Shown: positions 29,072-39,535, counted from the first letter of the stretch. The stretch: DNA of 64,000 bases from Candidatus Latescibacterota bacterium (GCA_965261395.1 OZ253462.1:4704001-4768000), one strand, 5' to 3'. The notes: a model not told the origin generated them from the sequence alone. Program-made: numbers and translations.

Positions 29072-30070
29072 TTAGGGAACTTCGATGTGGTCGAAGAGCT
29101 GCTGCACGATGTGGTCGCTGTCGATTTCCTCGGCCTCGGCCTCGTACGAGGTGATGATCCGATGCCTGAGCACATCGGCTCCCACGGCCTTGACATCTTC
29201 CGGGGTGACGTAGCCGCGCCGCTGGATGAAGGCGTGGGCGCGCGCCGTGCGGACGAGGAAAATAGCAGCCCGCGGCGAGGCCCCGTACTCGATCAGCGGT
29301 GCCATGTCGGCTAGCCCGTAGTCGGCCGGTCGCCGGGTGGCCTGGACGAGATCGACGACGTAATCCTTGATCTTGTCGTCGATATAGACGATCTCCACCA
29401 CCTCGCGCAGGCGGCGTATTTCGTCGATGCTGACGGTTTGCTCCACCTCGATCGGATTGTCGTTGGCCATGCGGTCCAAGATCAGCCGCTCCTCGGCGCG
29501 CGACGGGTAATCGACTTTCACTTTGAGCATGAAGCGATCGACTTGGGCCTCGGGCAGTGGGTAGGTCCCCTCTTGATCAATCGGATTCTGAGTGGCCATG
29601 ACCAAAAACGGGTCGTCGAGTGCATAGGTTTCCTCGCCGATAGTAACCTGCCGCTCCTGCATGCACTCCAAGAGCGCGCTCTGCACTTTGGCTGGTGCTC
29701 GGTTGATCTCGTCAGCCAAAATCAAATGGGCGAAGATCGGGCCTTTTTTGGGTATGAACACCCCTTGGTGCTGGTTGTAGATGGTGGTACCGGTCAGATC
29801 GGCGGGCAAAAGATCGGGGGTAAACTGGATCCGCTTGAAACGAGCGGCCACAATCCTCGCCAGCGTCGCCACCGTCAGGGTTTTGGCTAGTCCGGGCACC
29901 CCTTCGAGGAGGATGTGGCCATTGCACAACAAACCCATCAGGATCCGCTCCACCATGGCGCGTTGGCCGACGATGACCCGGTCCATCTCCTGCAAAATGC
30001 GCTCCACCACCGTGCTCTCGCGCTGCACCTGCTCGCTAATGGCGTGGATGTCTATTGTCGTTTGCGTCAT
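29072..30070 (-). CDS. moxR: MoxR family AAA+ ATPase
   Basis: LEGVPGLAKT, RIQFTPDLLPAD, LADEINRAPAKVQSALL and ATQNP. Confidence 0.94.
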   Translation of the reverse strand: MTQTTIDIHAISEQVQRESTVVERILQEMDRVIVGQRAMVERILMGLLCNGHILLEGVPGLAKTLTVATLARIVAARFKRIQFTPDLLPADLTGTTIYNQHQGVFIPKKGPIFAHLILADEINRAPAKVQSALLECMQERQVTIGEETYALDDPFLVMATQNPIDQEGTYPLPEAQVDRFMLKVKVDYPSRAEERLILDRMANDNPIEVEQTVSIDEIRRLREVVEIVYIDDKIKDYVVDLVQATRRPADYGLADMAPLIEYGASPRAAIFLVRTARAHAFIQRRGYVTPEDVKAVGADVLRHRIITSYEAEAEEIDSDHIVQQLFDHIEVP

Positions 30071-30104
30071 CGGATGTACTCTCTACATGCTCTGAGCCTC
30101 AGCC

Positions 30105-30136
30105 AATAAAAAACCGCCCTGCGGATTCGCAAGCGG
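30105..30136 (-). terminator. Putative Rho-independent terminator/attenuator upstream of moxR
   Basis: Imperfect CCGC..TGCG/CGCA.GCGG hairpin followed by a T-tract on the minus strand. Confidence 0.5.
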
Positions 30137-30179
30137 CTGGGGCCATCTGCCTCAAACCTCTATGGCAACTTTTAATGTG

Positions 30180-30671
30180 TTAAGGAGCGGCAACTTCATC
30201 CTGAAATTGAACCCATTCCTGGGGAGTGCGTCCGACATTGGGCAACAGGTGCCGGGCGCTGACCGCGAGTTCGGAATCAGGGTAGTGATCAATTACGCGC
30301 TGATAGGCCCGTCGCGCTTGCTCTAGATCGCGGATGTACTCCTCGTATATAAAGGCGATCATAAATTGGGCTTCGTCGCCGTGCTCGCTAGCGGGATATT
30401 CGGCTAGCACGCGCTCGTAATAACCAATGGCCTCCTGCATCTTCCCTTGCTGTTGGGCCAATCCGGCGAGTTTTCTCAGCGCCTCCGGGGCTTTGGGAGA
30501 TCCGGCAAAGCGCTCGAGAAAGGCCGTAAAATGCGCGACCGCTTGGTCGGCTGTGGCGGGGTCGGCCGCAGCGGCTTCACCGGCCGCGAACAGCGCTTCA
30601 GCACTTTGCTGGCCGCAACCTCCCCACCAAAATCCGGCGACAAAAATTCCTAGTAGTATCCTCGACCACAT
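30180..30671 (-). CDS. TPR lipoprotein (BamD/CpoB-like repeats)
   Basis: Signal with GGC and repeated Y..V...YP.S TPR ends. Confidence 0.7.
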   Translation of the reverse strand: MWSRILLGIFVAGFWWGGCGQQSAEALFAAGEAAAADPATADQAVAHFTAFLERFAGSPKAPEALRKLAGLAQQQGKMQEAIGYYERVLAEYPASEHGDEAQFMIAFIYEEYIRDLEQARRAYQRVIDHYPDSELAVSARHLLPNVGRTPQEWVQFQDEVAAP

Positions 30672-30710
30672 CTATATTTAATTTAACCGCGCATCGCGTG
30701 GGAAAGTTCC

Positions 30711-31007
30711 TCAATCGGCTTTGGCGGTATCCTTTTTGCCGCTGTCCTTTTTGCCGCTGTCCTTTTTGTCGCCCGCCTTGCCGCTGTCTTTGTCGGCCTT
30801 AGCCGCCTTCTGATATCCGTCGCTGCGATAGTCAGTTATGTAAAAACCCGACCCCTTGAAGAGCAGACCACCGCCCGTGCCGATGAGCCGCTTGACCGGG
30901 CCTTTACATTCTACTTCCGGACAGGTCTGGCGCGGCTCGGCCGTGATGCTCTGAAACTCTTCAAATCGGTGGCCGCACTGCTGGCATTCGTATTCGTATG
31001 TGGGCAT
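30711..31007 (-). CDS. FmdB-family zinc-ribbon protein
   Basis: [11 protein letters not shown]...CPxxxC and [11 protein letters not shown], with a KDSGK repeat tail. Confidence 0.88.
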   Translation of the reverse strand: MPTYEYECQQCGHRFEEFQSITAEPRQTCPEVECKGPVKRLIGTGGGLLFKGSGFYITDYRSDGYQKAAKADKDSGKAGDKKDSGKKDSGKKDTAKAD

Positions 31008-31046
31008 GGCGTTGGCTCTCGTTATAATTAAAAATACAAGCCTGTT

Positions 31047-31075
31047 AATATAAATTCGGTTAGATAGAGGCGCAA
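31047..31075 (-). promoter_or_regulatory. Putative sigma70 promoter
   Basis: TTGCGC-N17-TATATT in an AT-rich intergenic region. Confidence 0.5.
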
Positions 31076-31096
31076 TACTTGGCGACGCGCTGAGGG

Positions 31097-33067
31097 CTAC
31101 TCGGCGACGCCCATTTTCGGGAGATCGCCCGTGCTGAGGGAGCGCACCTTGTCGCGCTCGATTTTGAGCAAGGTCAGCGCGCTATTGGAGCGCACATCCG
31201 GCGACAAGGAGATGACGCCCGAGGCTCCTTGGTAGAAACGGACCGTGGTCAACCACTCGACCAGCGCAGTCGGATCGCGGTGTCCTTGCTCCCATCCGTC
31301 GATGAGCAAGCGGGCACCGTCATAGCCAGCCGCCGCGTAGAGCGGGTCGCGGCGGAATTGTTTGCGAAAGGCGCTGACAAACGACCGCGAAGCCGCGGAC
31401 TCGGCTTGCCGCGCGGAAACAAAAATGACTCCGTCGAAATTCTTGCGCTCGCCCGGGCCCATTTGCTGAATGGCTTCGGGATCCCACCAAAAATCGTTGC
31501 CGAGGACTTGGGTCTGCAAGCGGTGAAAATGCACCTGCGGCGCAATCGTCTTGGCATCCGCAAAGCTCTCGACCACTACCACCACCCCGTCGATGGTGTC
31601 GATAAACATATCCGCTTCTAGCTTTTCCTCGACTACTTCAAGCGTATCTGGGGGGGGCGGCCTCAGCGCAAAACCGGCCTCGCGGATCTCCTCGAAGACG
31701 CGGCGAAAATCCCTCGTCTCGTTGGGGACATACCAATCGCTGTGCGCGATCTGGCCGCCGTTGCGCTCGGCAATGTGGGTAAACTCGCGCGCGAAATCCC
31801 AGCCGTAGTCGCTGAGGGGAGAGATAATCGCTAAGTGCTCCAAACCAAGGACGAGGGTCGCGTACTCGCCCAAGAGACGCGCCTGCGTTTTCGGGACCGT
31901 GTTCAACTGGAAGACGCTGTGGCCGAGCGAATCCAAGCCGCTCTGTTGGGCCAGCGGCACCAGCAGGGGAACGCCGGCGCGCGCGGCGACCGTGGCCGCC
32001 ACTACGCTAGAGCTGCTAAAGAGAGGACCGACGATGGCCACGACCCCTTGGTCCAGTAGCTGCTGGACGCCGTACGCCACGCGCAACAAACCGCTGGCCG
32101 GGCTTTCGCTAAGGTCGCTGCCGAGATCGGTACCGATGGGCAAATTCCCATAGTCAACCCCGGTGTCGGCGACTACGAGTTCGAAGGGATTGCCGGCTTC
32201 CCTATTGGCCAATTGCACCCCCTCGCGGAGTTCCTCGCCGATCCGGTGGTACGGCCCCGTCACCGGCAGCAGCAAGCCCAACCGGGGCGATCCCGAGCCA
32301 ATGCGTGAGCGCTGTGCGGGCTGTCCCCCCCAGACGGCGGCTAACGGAGCGAATATGCCGTTGGCAACGCTATCGCGATAGGCCTGCATCGCCTGGGCGG
32401 CTTCCTCTCCCCAGCCGAGGCGCTGGTACCAGCGCACCCGGCCGTAAAACAGGGCCTCGCGCAGACGCCCGGCCCCTACGGCCTGACGCAGACGCGTCAG
32501 CTCTTGTTCTTTTACCTGTCCGTTCCAGGCCATGGCCGCCAACCGCTCGGCTGCTTGAGCTTGGATGCCAAGAGGGGCCTGCGTGGCCAACAAACGGCCG
32601 TACTGGGACGCGGCCTCGGCGCGATGCTTGCTTTTGAAAAACGAATCGCCGATCAACAGCCGGGCATTGGGCAGGTAGCGGCTCGTGGGAAACCTGCGCT
32701 GCAAGGCCAAGGCCGCGTCGATGGCTTCGGCAAAGTGCCCTAGGCGGTACAGGGCTCTGCCCAAGAGGAACTGACCGGCGCTGGACCGCTGGTTGAGCGG
32801 AAACTCCGCCAGCTGCCGCAGGTGGTTGAGCGCCTCGTCGAAACGCCCCTGTTGATATGCCGCAAGCCCGTTGCCAAAGATCTTTTCGGCGGCGGCCGAG
32901 TACGGCCACGTGCGCACCTGCCCTTCTACAAAGTTCGGTACCAGCACCGCCGCGAGGACCACGCATACGTAGCGAGCAATGCGCTGTACGGCAGCAGGCC
33001 GGGAAAAGGCACGGGGCCTAGGTTGTCCATATCTGAGGGGGCGAGTATATTTTTTGCGCCACTGCAT
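31097..33067 (-). CDS. TPR + periplasmic binding protein type 1 (LppC/LpoA-like) envelope protein
   Basis: N-terminal TPRs, [14 protein letters not shown] and AAAGYDGA. Start uncertain. Confidence 0.72.
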   Translation of the reverse strand: MQWRKKYTRPLRYGQPRPRAFSRPAAVQRIARYVCVVLAAVLVPNFVEGQVRTWPYSAAAEKIFGNGLAAYQQGRFDEALNHLRQLAEFPLNQRSSAGQFLLGRALYRLGHFAEAIDAALALQRRFPTSRYLPNARLLIGDSFFKSKHRAEAASQYGRLLATQAPLGIQAQAAERLAAMAWNGQVKEQELTRLRQAVGAGRLREALFYGRVRWYQRLGWGEEAAQAMQAYRDSVANGIFAPLAAVWGGQPAQRSRIGSGSPRLGLLLPVTGPYHRIGEELREGVQLANREAGNPFELVVADTGVDYGNLPIGTDLGSDLSESPASGLLRVAYGVQQLLDQGVVAIVGPLFSSSSVVAATVAARAGVPLLVPLAQQSGLDSLGHSVFQLNTVPKTQARLLGEYATLVLGLEHLAIISPLSDYGWDFAREFTHIAERNGGQIAHSDWYVPNETRDFRRVFEEIREAGFALRPPPPDTLEVVEEKLEADMFIDTIDGVVVVVESFADAKTIAPQVHFHRLQTQVLGNDFWWDPEAIQQMGPGERKNFDGVIFVSARQAESAASRSFVSAFRKQFRRDPLYAAAGYDGARLLIDGWEQGHRDPTALVEWLTTVRFYQGASGVISLSPDVRSNSALTLLKIERDKVRSLSTGDLPKMGVAE

Positions 33068-33068
33068 T

Positions 33069-33096
33069 TCCAACCTCTCCTATCCAACCTCTCCTA
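33069..33096. repeat. 14-bp tandem duplication TCCAACCTCTCCTA x2
   Basis: Two exact adjacent copies, each with AGGAGAGG on the minus strand. Confidence 0.85.
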
Positions 33097-33104
33097 GGTA
33101 ATAT

Positions 33105-34610
33105 ATGCAACCGCGTGCTGAAAAATTGGAGATCGACCCAGAAAAACTGCGCCGTCTCCTAGCTAGACAAATCGAAGAACAAGAGCAAGCACCAGCCCAG
33201 CCCGAGGCTTCCTCCACCGAGGGCGAAGGTACGCAGACTGCCGAGTCCGAGGCCTTCCACTTCGACCTCAAGCCGGAAGAATTAGAGGCCTATCTCGATC
33301 AATACGTCATCAAGCAGCAAGACGCCAAGGCCATTCTCGCCACCAAGATCTGCACGCACTTTAACCGCCTGAAACTGCCCCCGGAGGAAGACGAGGGGCT
33401 CGTCGGCAACATTAAGAACAACGTGCTGATGGTCGGCCCTACCGGCGTGGGCAAAACCTATCTAATTCGCCTCATCGCCCGCAAAATCGGCGTCCCTTTT
33501 GTCAAGGGCGACGCCACCAAATTCAGCGAGACCGGCTATGTCGGCGGCGATGTCGAAGACTTGGTCCGCGACCTAGTCCGCGAGGCCAACGGCGATATTG
33601 AACGCGCCCAGTGCGGCATCATATACATCGACGAAATCGACAAAATCGCCTCCGCGCAGGGAGTGCACGGCCCGGATGTCTCGCGCTCTGGCGTCCAGCG
33701 CAACCTGCTCAAGCTGATGGAGGAAACCGACGTCGACCTCAAGGCCCCGCACGACATTGCCTCGCAGATGGAATCAGTCATCCAAATGCAGCAGACAGGC
33801 AAGATAGAACGACAGAAGGTCAATACTCGCAACATCCTCTTTATCGTTAGCGGAGCCTTTGGCGGGCTTGACGAAATTATCGGCCGCCGGCTCAACAAAG
33901 GCACCATGGGGTTCCGCTCCCAAGCCGACCCGGCGCACCTCGACGCCGATCAGCTTCTGTCCCACGTGCGAGCTGAGGACCTGATCGAATACGGATTCGA
34001 GTCCGAATTCATCGGCCGCTTGCCCGTCATCGCCGTTCTGCACGACCTCGGCCCCGAAGATCTCCTCGAAATCCTCCGCAATCCCAAAAGCAGCGTCATC
34101 CTGTCCAAGAAGCGAGACTTCCGCGCCTATGACATTGAGGTCGAATTTGTCGACGAGGCCCTAGCCCTTTTAGCCGAGCGCGCCCACACCGAGCACATCG
34201 GTGCCCGCGGCTTGGTCAGCGCCATTGAAAAGGTGTTGCTCAACTACGAAAAAAAGCTCCCCTCCGTCGGCGTCGAGCGCTTTACGGTCGACGCCGATAC
34301 CGTACTCACCCCTGCGGCCGGCCTAGAGCGCTTGCTGCAAGACACCTCGCTGCGCCGCTTTCTCGACAATTTCCAACGCGAACACGACATCGCCTTGGAG
34401 ATCACGCCGGAAGCCTCCGCGCAAATCGAGTCCCTAGCCAGTACGCGAGACATGGCACCCGGCGAACTGTGCGAAGAAATGTTCAGCGACTACGGACACG
34501 GCCTCAAGCTGGCCGGATTGAGCCAGTTCTGCATTGACGCGGATGTGGTCGCCGCGCCCCAAGAGGCACTCAACGCGCTCGTCAAATACCACTACAATCA
34601 ACGCAGCTAA
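33105..34610 (+). CDS. ClpX-like AAA+ unfoldase paralogue
   Basis: GPTGVGKT, GYVGGDVE, IYIDEIDKI and EFIGRLP. No N-terminal Cys zinc domain. C-terminal extension. Confidence 0.85.
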   Translation: MQPRAEKLEIDPEKLRRLLARQIEEQEQAPAQPEASSTEGEGTQTAESEAFHFDLKPEELEAYLDQYVIKQQDAKAILATKICTHFNRLKLPPEEDEGLVGNIKNNVLMVGPTGVGKTYLIRLIARKIGVPFVKGDATKFSETGYVGGDVEDLVRDLVREANGDIERAQCGIIYIDEIDKIASAQGVHGPDVSRSGVQRNLLKLMEETDVDLKAPHDIASQMESVIQMQQTGKIERQKVNTRNILFIVSGAFGGLDEIIGRRLNKGTMGFRSQADPAHLDADQLLSHVRAEDLIEYGFESEFIGRLPVIAVLHDLGPEDLLEILRNPKSSVILSKKRDFRAYDIEVEFVDEALALLAERAHTEHIGARGLVSAIEKVLLNYEKKLPSVGVERFTVDADTVLTPAAGLERLLQDTSLRRFLDNFQREHDIALEITPEASAQIESLASTRDMAPGELCEEMFSDYGHGLKLAGLSQFCIDADVVAAPQEALNALVKYHYNQRS

Positions 34611-35977
34611 ATCTCGCCGTATTGCTTTACCTTGCGGTAGAGCGTACTGAGGCCGATTTGCAGGATTTCGGCCGCCCGCCGCCGGTCGTCGCCAACGGCC
34701 TTCAAGGTCTCGGCAATGGCCATCTGTTCGATCTCGGCCATGCTCATGCCAACGCGAAAACCCAACCCGGGAAAGACGCGCTCTTGGCGGTTGATGTAGC
34801 GCGGGATGTCCCCGACCTCGAGCACGCCTTCGCGGGAGCACATGACGACCATGCCCTCGATGCAGTTTTTCAATTCTCGCACATTGCCCGGCCAATCGTA
34901 ATCGCGCAACACGTCTAAGGCTCGCGGTCGAATGCCCTCGATGCGCTTGTTGTTCTCGGCGGCGAACTGCCGGATGAACGCGTCGGCCAGAATGGGTATA
35001 TCCTCCCGGCACTCGCGCAGCGACGGCACTTCGATCTTGATCACGTTGAGCCGATAGAAGAGATCCGCCCGGAAGGTGCCCTCCCGCACCATAGCTTCGA
35101 GATCGCGGTGCGTCGCCGCGATCAAGCGCACATCGGCGCTCCGGGTCTGGGTGCCGCCGATCCGCTCAAAGCGGCCGTCCTGAATCACCCTCAGCAGCTT
35201 TACTTGCGTCGGCAGGGGAATGTCCCCGACTTCGTCGAGGAACAAGGTGCCTTGATCGGCCAGTTCAAAGCGCCCTTTGCGCGCTGCTCCGGCCCCGGTA
35301 TAGGCCCCTTTTTCGTGGCCGAAAAGCTCGTTTTCGACCAAGCTCTCCGGCAGGGCACCGCAGTTTATTTCGACGAAGGCGTTTTCCCGCCGTCGGCTCC
35401 GTTGGTGGATGGCCTTTGCCACCTCGCCCTTGCCCGTGCCGGTCTCGCCGGCAATCAGAACGCTGGTGCGCGATTGGGCTACCTGTTCGATCTGGAGGTA
35501 AATGCGCTGCCAAGGCGATGAGCGGCGGGCGATGTCGTCAAAGCGGTAGCGCTCGTCCAAGCGGCGCTGTAGATCCGAGACCTCCCCCACTAGCTGCTGG
35601 TAGCGCAGGCCCTTTTCCAACACCGCGCCGACCTTGGCCAAATTCAGCGGCTGTAGCTGAAAGTCGTAGGCCCCTTGGCGCATCGCTTCGACCCCCAACT
35701 CAATGTCTTCGGGCCCGGCGATGGCAATCGCGCAAATGGCTGAATTTCGCTTGTGGGCCAGTTGCTGGATCCGCAACCCGTCGATGCGCTTCTCGCGCAG
35801 GGCATAGATCAGTGCGTCAACCGCATCTGCGTCGAGTATGTCATACGCGCTCTGCCCCTCGTGCGCCCAGAGCACTTCGTACGCTCGCTGTTCTAGGTAG
35901 AAAATCAGCGCCCGGGCTTGCTGGGATTCGGGCAACACGACCAACAGCCGCGGCTGCGTATGGCGCTTCTCGCTCAC
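34607..35977 (-). CDS. Sigma-54-dependent transcriptional activator with atypical receiver domain
   Basis: GETGTGK, ENELFGHEKGAYTGA, LFLDEV, WPGNVREL and a Fis HTH. GTGA overlap with rlmD. Confidence 0.9.
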   Translation of the reverse strand: MSEKRHTQPRLLVVLPESQQARALIFYLEQRAYEVLWAHEGQSAYDILDADAVDALIYALREKRIDGLRIQQLAHKRNSAICAIAIAGPEDIELGVEAMRQGAYDFQLQPLNLAKVGAVLEKGLRYQQLVGEVSDLQRRLDERYRFDDIARRSSPWQRIYLQIEQVAQSRTSVLIAGETGTGKGEVAKAIHQRSRRRENAFVEINCGALPESLVENELFGHEKGAYTGAGAARKGRFELADQGTLFLDEVGDIPLPTQVKLLRVIQDGRFERIGGTQTRSADVRLIAATHRDLEAMVREGTFRADLFYRLNVIKIEVPSLRECREDIPILADAFIRQFAAENNKRIEGIRPRALDVLRDYDWPGNVRELKNCIEGMVVMCSREGVLEVGDIPRYINRQERVFPGLGFRVGMSMAEIEQMAIAETLKAVGDDRRRAAEILQIGLSTLYRKVKQYGEI

Positions 35978-37332
35978 GGGGCGACCTGCTTGCACAACCC
36001 GACGACCACTTCGCAGTGCGGCGTTTGGGGAAACATATCTACGGGCTGCACGCTGCGGACGCCGTAGCCAGCCTCGCCCAAGGCGCACAAATCGCCGGCT
36101 AGCGTGTGGACATTACAAGAGACGTAAATGATGCGCGGCGGCGCCAATGCACATAGACCAGCCAGCGCCTTTTTGTGGATCCCGGGCCGCGGTGGATCGA
36201 CGACGGCCAAGTCAAAATGCCGGCCTTGTGCTGCCAATTCTCCCAGTATACCCTCGACTGCGCCGACCATAAACTCGCAGTGTTCTATCCGATTGCGCAC
36301 GGCGTTGCGTCTGGCGTCCTCCACCGCTTCAGCGACCACTTCGATGCCCAACACGAACTGGGACTGACGCGCCAAAAGCAGGCTAATGCTGCCCGTGCCG
36401 CAGTACAAATCCAGCACCGCCTTTTGCGGTCCGGCCACGCGGGCTATGACCTCGTAGAGCCGCTCGGCTTGCAGCGAATTCGTCTGAAAAAAGGATTGGG
36501 GAGAAATGTCGAATTCGAGGCCAGCGCACACTTCAGAGATGCGCCCGCTTCCCTTGAGCACAAACTCGCGCTCCCCGGCTGCTACTTGGGCCTTACCGGT
36601 GTGTAAGGTGACGAGCAAGACGTCGATTTCAGGTACGGCATCCAATAGTTGCTCGGCGAGCTGTTGGACGCCTAGGTCGGGATACGAGGACACGACGAGG
36701 TTGACCATCACTTCCCCGCTCCGCTTACCCTCGCGGACGACCAAGAAGCGCAGCAGCCCTTGGTGCCGCTTCAGGTCGTAAACACTGAGGCCCAACGCTT
36801 GGCTGATGCGGCGAGCCGCTCCGACGATGCGGTTGGAAGTGCGCGACTGTAAGTGGCACTCTTCGACGTCGAAGATCCAATTGAAACGCCCGCGTACGTG
36901 CAAGCCCAGTTGCAGCAGCCCCTCGCGATCCGTGCCAAAGGAAAATTCCATCTTGTTGCGATAAAAAAAGGGGGTCGGGCTGGGCAAAATTGGGGCTGCG
37001 ATCGGCAACGCCAGCCCACTAGTCGCCAATGCGCTAGCGACCATCTGCTCCTTGACGGCGAGCTGGGCCGCGTAGGGCAATTCCTGCCAGCGACAGCCAC
37101 CGCAAAGTCCAAAATGGGCACAGCGGGGATCCTCGCGCTTGTAGCTCTCTGCGAGGAACTCCTCCACCTCGGCCTCGAAGCGCCCTTTGCGCTTCTTGAC
37201 GACCCGGGCGGCGACCCGGTCCCCGGGAACGGACTGACGTACGACGACCTCGCGCTGCCCGACATAGGCCAACCCGTCGCCCTTGGCAGTGAGGGCGGCG
37301 ACCTCGACCTCAATGCGATCTCCTCGTTTCAC
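35974..37332 (-). CDS. rlmD: 23S rRNA (uracil-1939-C5)-methyltransferase
   Basis: TRAM domain, C..FGLCGGC, YRNKMEF, SFFQTN, DPPR, YVSC and DMFPQT. Confidence 0.9.
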   Translation of the reverse strand: MKRGDRIEVEVAALTAKGDGLAYVGQREVVVRQSVPGDRVAARVVKKRKGRFEAEVEEFLAESYKREDPRCAHFGLCGGCRWQELPYAAQLAVKEQMVASALATSGLALPIAAPILPSPTPFFYRNKMEFSFGTDREGLLQLGLHVRGRFNWIFDVEECHLQSRTSNRIVGAARRISQALGLSVYDLKRHQGLLRFLVVREGKRSGEVMVNLVVSSYPDLGVQQLAEQLLDAVPEIDVLLVTLHTGKAQVAAGEREFVLKGSGRISEVCAGLEFDISPQSFFQTNSLQAERLYEVIARVAGPQKAVLDLYCGTGSISLLLARQSQFVLGIEVVAEAVEDARRNAVRNRIEHCEFMVGAVEGILGELAAQGRHFDLAVVDPPRPGIHKKALAGLCALAPPRIIYVSCNVHTLAGDLCALGEAGYGVRSVQPVDMFPQTPHCEVVVGLCKQVAP

Positions 37333-37354
37333 GTGCTCCCTATCTACAATGCAA

Positions 37355-37385
37355 ACGGGGCAAGATGGTCATCATCTTGCCCCGT
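37355..37385 (-). terminator. Terminator of the ribosomal protein superoperon
   Basis: 13-bp perfect stem ACGGGGCAAGATG/CATCTTGCCCCGT just after the rplQ stop, with a short U-tract. Confidence 0.7.
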
Positions 37386-37408
37386 CGCTACTACCTTGGA
37401 CGCCCACC

Positions 37409-37831
37409 TTATTCTTCGGCCTGCTGAACCTCTTTTGCAGCCGGGGCCTCCTGGGTCTCTTCTGCGGTCACCCCGGGGCGATCCACGAGTTCGACGATGC
37501 TCATAAATGCCCCGTCGCCGCGACGCGGCCCCAACTTGATCATGCGAGTATAGCCTCCGTTGCGGCTTTTGTAGCGCGGGCCTAGTTCGTCAAAGAGCTT
37601 GGCGACCACCTGCTTGTCGGCTATGACGCGCAACACTTGACGCCGGGAGTGCAAGTCGCCTTTCTTGGCGCAGGTCAACACCCGCTCGGCCGTGCGCTTG
37701 AGCTCTTTGGCGCGCGTCTGGGTGGTGGTGACGCGCTCGTTGGTAAACAGCGAGGTCATCATGTTGGACAACATGGCCTTGCGGTGCGGGGCCGTGCGCC
37801 CCAGCTTGGCTATTTTTTTGCCGTGTCTCAT
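37409..37831 (-). CDS. rplQ: 50S ribosomal protein L17
   Basis: MRHGKK..KLGR and RNGGYTR. Confidence 0.97.
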   Translation of the reverse strand: MRHGKKIAKLGRTAPHRKAMLSNMMTSLFTNERVTTTQTRAKELKRTAERVLTCAKKGDLHSRRQVLRVIADKQVVAKLFDELGPRYKSRNGGYTRMIKLGPRRGDGAFMSIVELVDRPGVTAEETQEAPAAKEVQQAEE

Positions 37832-37832
37832 G

Positions 37833-38849
37833 CTAGAATTCTTCCGCCAGTGGATTGTCCGCTTTTTGGTCGATCTCAATGTCGGCGTACGGACTCAGGT
37901 CCATGCCCCAGCTAAGATTGTTCTCCTCGAGTATTTTTTCCAACTCGTTGAGCGATTTGCGGCCGAAGTTGCGATACTGAAGCATCTCGGCCTCCGTGCG
38001 CGATACCAAGTCCCTGAGATGGGTGATCCCTGCGGCTTTGAGGCAGTTGGCCGAGCGCACCGTCAACTCAATCTCTTCGACGGGCGTTTGCAAGAGCTGG
38101 GCTATTTTCTTGGCCTCCTCGTCAACTTCCTTTTCCTCGATGCCTTCGGGCTCTTCTATAAAATGAATAAAAAGGCTCAGGTGTTCGGTCAGGATCCGAG
38201 CGGCCTGGGACATGGCGTCTTCGGGATGCACGGAGCCATCGGTCCAGACTTCCATAATCAACTTGTCGTAGTCGGTTCGCCGTCCGACGCGTGCGTTCTC
38301 GATCTCGTAGTGGACCTTGAGGATCGGCGAATAGTTCGTATCGAGCGGAACAGCGCCTATAGGCTGATCGGGGATTTTGTTCTCCTCGGCGAACTGGTAG
38401 CCGCGACCGCAGCCAACCATCAGTTCCATTTTCAGGGAGGCCCCTTTATCCAAGGTGGCGATGTGCTGGTCGGGATTCATCACCTCGACGCTGGAGTCCA
38501 CTTCTAGGTCCTTGGCCACCAAGGCTCCTTCTGTCGTGCGCTCGACGCGCAAGACGCGATCCTCCTCGCCACTATAGCGGATCGCCACTTCCTTGAAGTT
38601 GCGCACGATCTCCGGCACGTCCTCGCGCACCCCGACAATCGTGGAAAACTCGTGATGCACGCCTTCGATATTGACTTGCTTGATCGCCGCTCCTTGGATA
38701 AAGGACGACAATACGCGGCGCAGCGCGTGCCCTATAGAGACGCCAAAACCGCGCTCGAGCGGCTGGACGATAAACATGCCATACGTCTCGCTGAGACTTT
38801 CTTTTTCGACCTCGGCCAGTCTCGGCATCTGGAGACCTTCTAATTTCAT
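37833..38849 (-). CDS. rpoA: RNA polymerase alpha subunit
   Basis: [27 protein letters not shown] and NFGRKSL. Confidence 0.98.
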   Translation of the reverse strand: MKLEGLQMPRLAEVEKESLSETYGMFIVQPLERGFGVSIGHALRRVLSSFIQGAAIKQVNIEGVHHEFSTIVGVREDVPEIVRNFKEVAIRYSGEEDRVLRVERTTEGALVAKDLEVDSSVEVMNPDQHIATLDKGASLKMELMVGCGRGYQFAEENKIPDQPIGAVPLDTNYSPILKVHYEIENARVGRRTDYDKLIMEVWTDGSVHPEDAMSQAARILTEHLSLFIHFIEEPEGIEEKEVDEEAKKIAQLLQTPVEEIELTVRSANCLKAAGITHLRDLVSRTEAEMLQYRNFGRKSLNELEKILEENNLSWGMDLSPYADIEIDQKADNPLAEEF

Positions 38850-38892
38850 ACTTTAGCCTCTTGCCCCTTGATTGATTGGGCGGAGTAAAACT

Positions 38893-39519
38893 TCAAACGC
38901 GAGAATAAAACTCGATGACCAGTTGTTCTTCGGCGACCGTGGGAATGTCTTCGCGTCCGGGGATCTCTGCTACGGTCCCAGTCAAATTGACCTTGTCTAT
39001 GGCCAGCCAAGGCACGATCTCCCGCGAACGCCGCAGTGATTCGTGAATGGCCTCTAGCTGGCGACTGCGCTCGGCGACCTGTACCACATCGCCCATCCGG
39101 GTCAGGTAGGAAGGGATATTGACCCGTTTGCCATTTACCACGATGTGATTGTGGCGCACTAACTGACGCGCGGCCTTGCGCGACGGCGCGAAGCCGAGCC
39201 GATAGACAATGTTGTCGAGGCGACGCTCCAACAGGCGCAACAGATTTTCGCCACTGATGCCCGGCACTCGCGACGCTTCCTTGTAATAGCCCCTGAACTG
39301 GCCTTCGCGGATTCCGTAGAGCCGAGCTAACTTCTGCTTGGCCCGTAGCTGCACGCTGTAGTCGGACTGCTTGCGCCGCAAGCCTTGGCCGTGTTGTCCT
39401 GGGGCATAGCTACGCCGCTCAAAGGAACATTTTTCGAGGTTGCAGCGCTCGCCCTTCAGGAAGAGTTTGGCTCCTTCCCGGCGACAGAAGCGACAATTGG
39501 GACCTGTATGCCTGCTCAT
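38893..39519 (-). CDS. rpsD: 30S ribosomal protein S4 (Zn-binding type)
   Basis: CRFCRREG, LERRLDN and ARQLV. Confidence 0.98.
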   Translation of the reverse strand: MSRHTGPNCRFCRREGAKLFLKGERCNLEKCSFERRSYAPGQHGQGLRRKQSDYSVQLRAKQKLARLYGIREGQFRGYYKEASRVPGISGENLLRLLERRLDNIVYRLGFAPSRKAARQLVRHNHIVVNGKRVNIPSYLTRMGDVVQVAERSRQLEAIHESLRRSREIVPWLAIDKVNLTGTVAEIPGREDIPTVAEEQLVIEFYSRV

Positions 39520-39535
39520 AACGTGATTAGCTCCT

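Noticed and set aside
30725-30795. 15-bp repeats (TCCTTTTTGCCGCTG) in the FmdB-like gene
   Set aside because: They encode a low-complexity KDSGK tail that is typical of this family.
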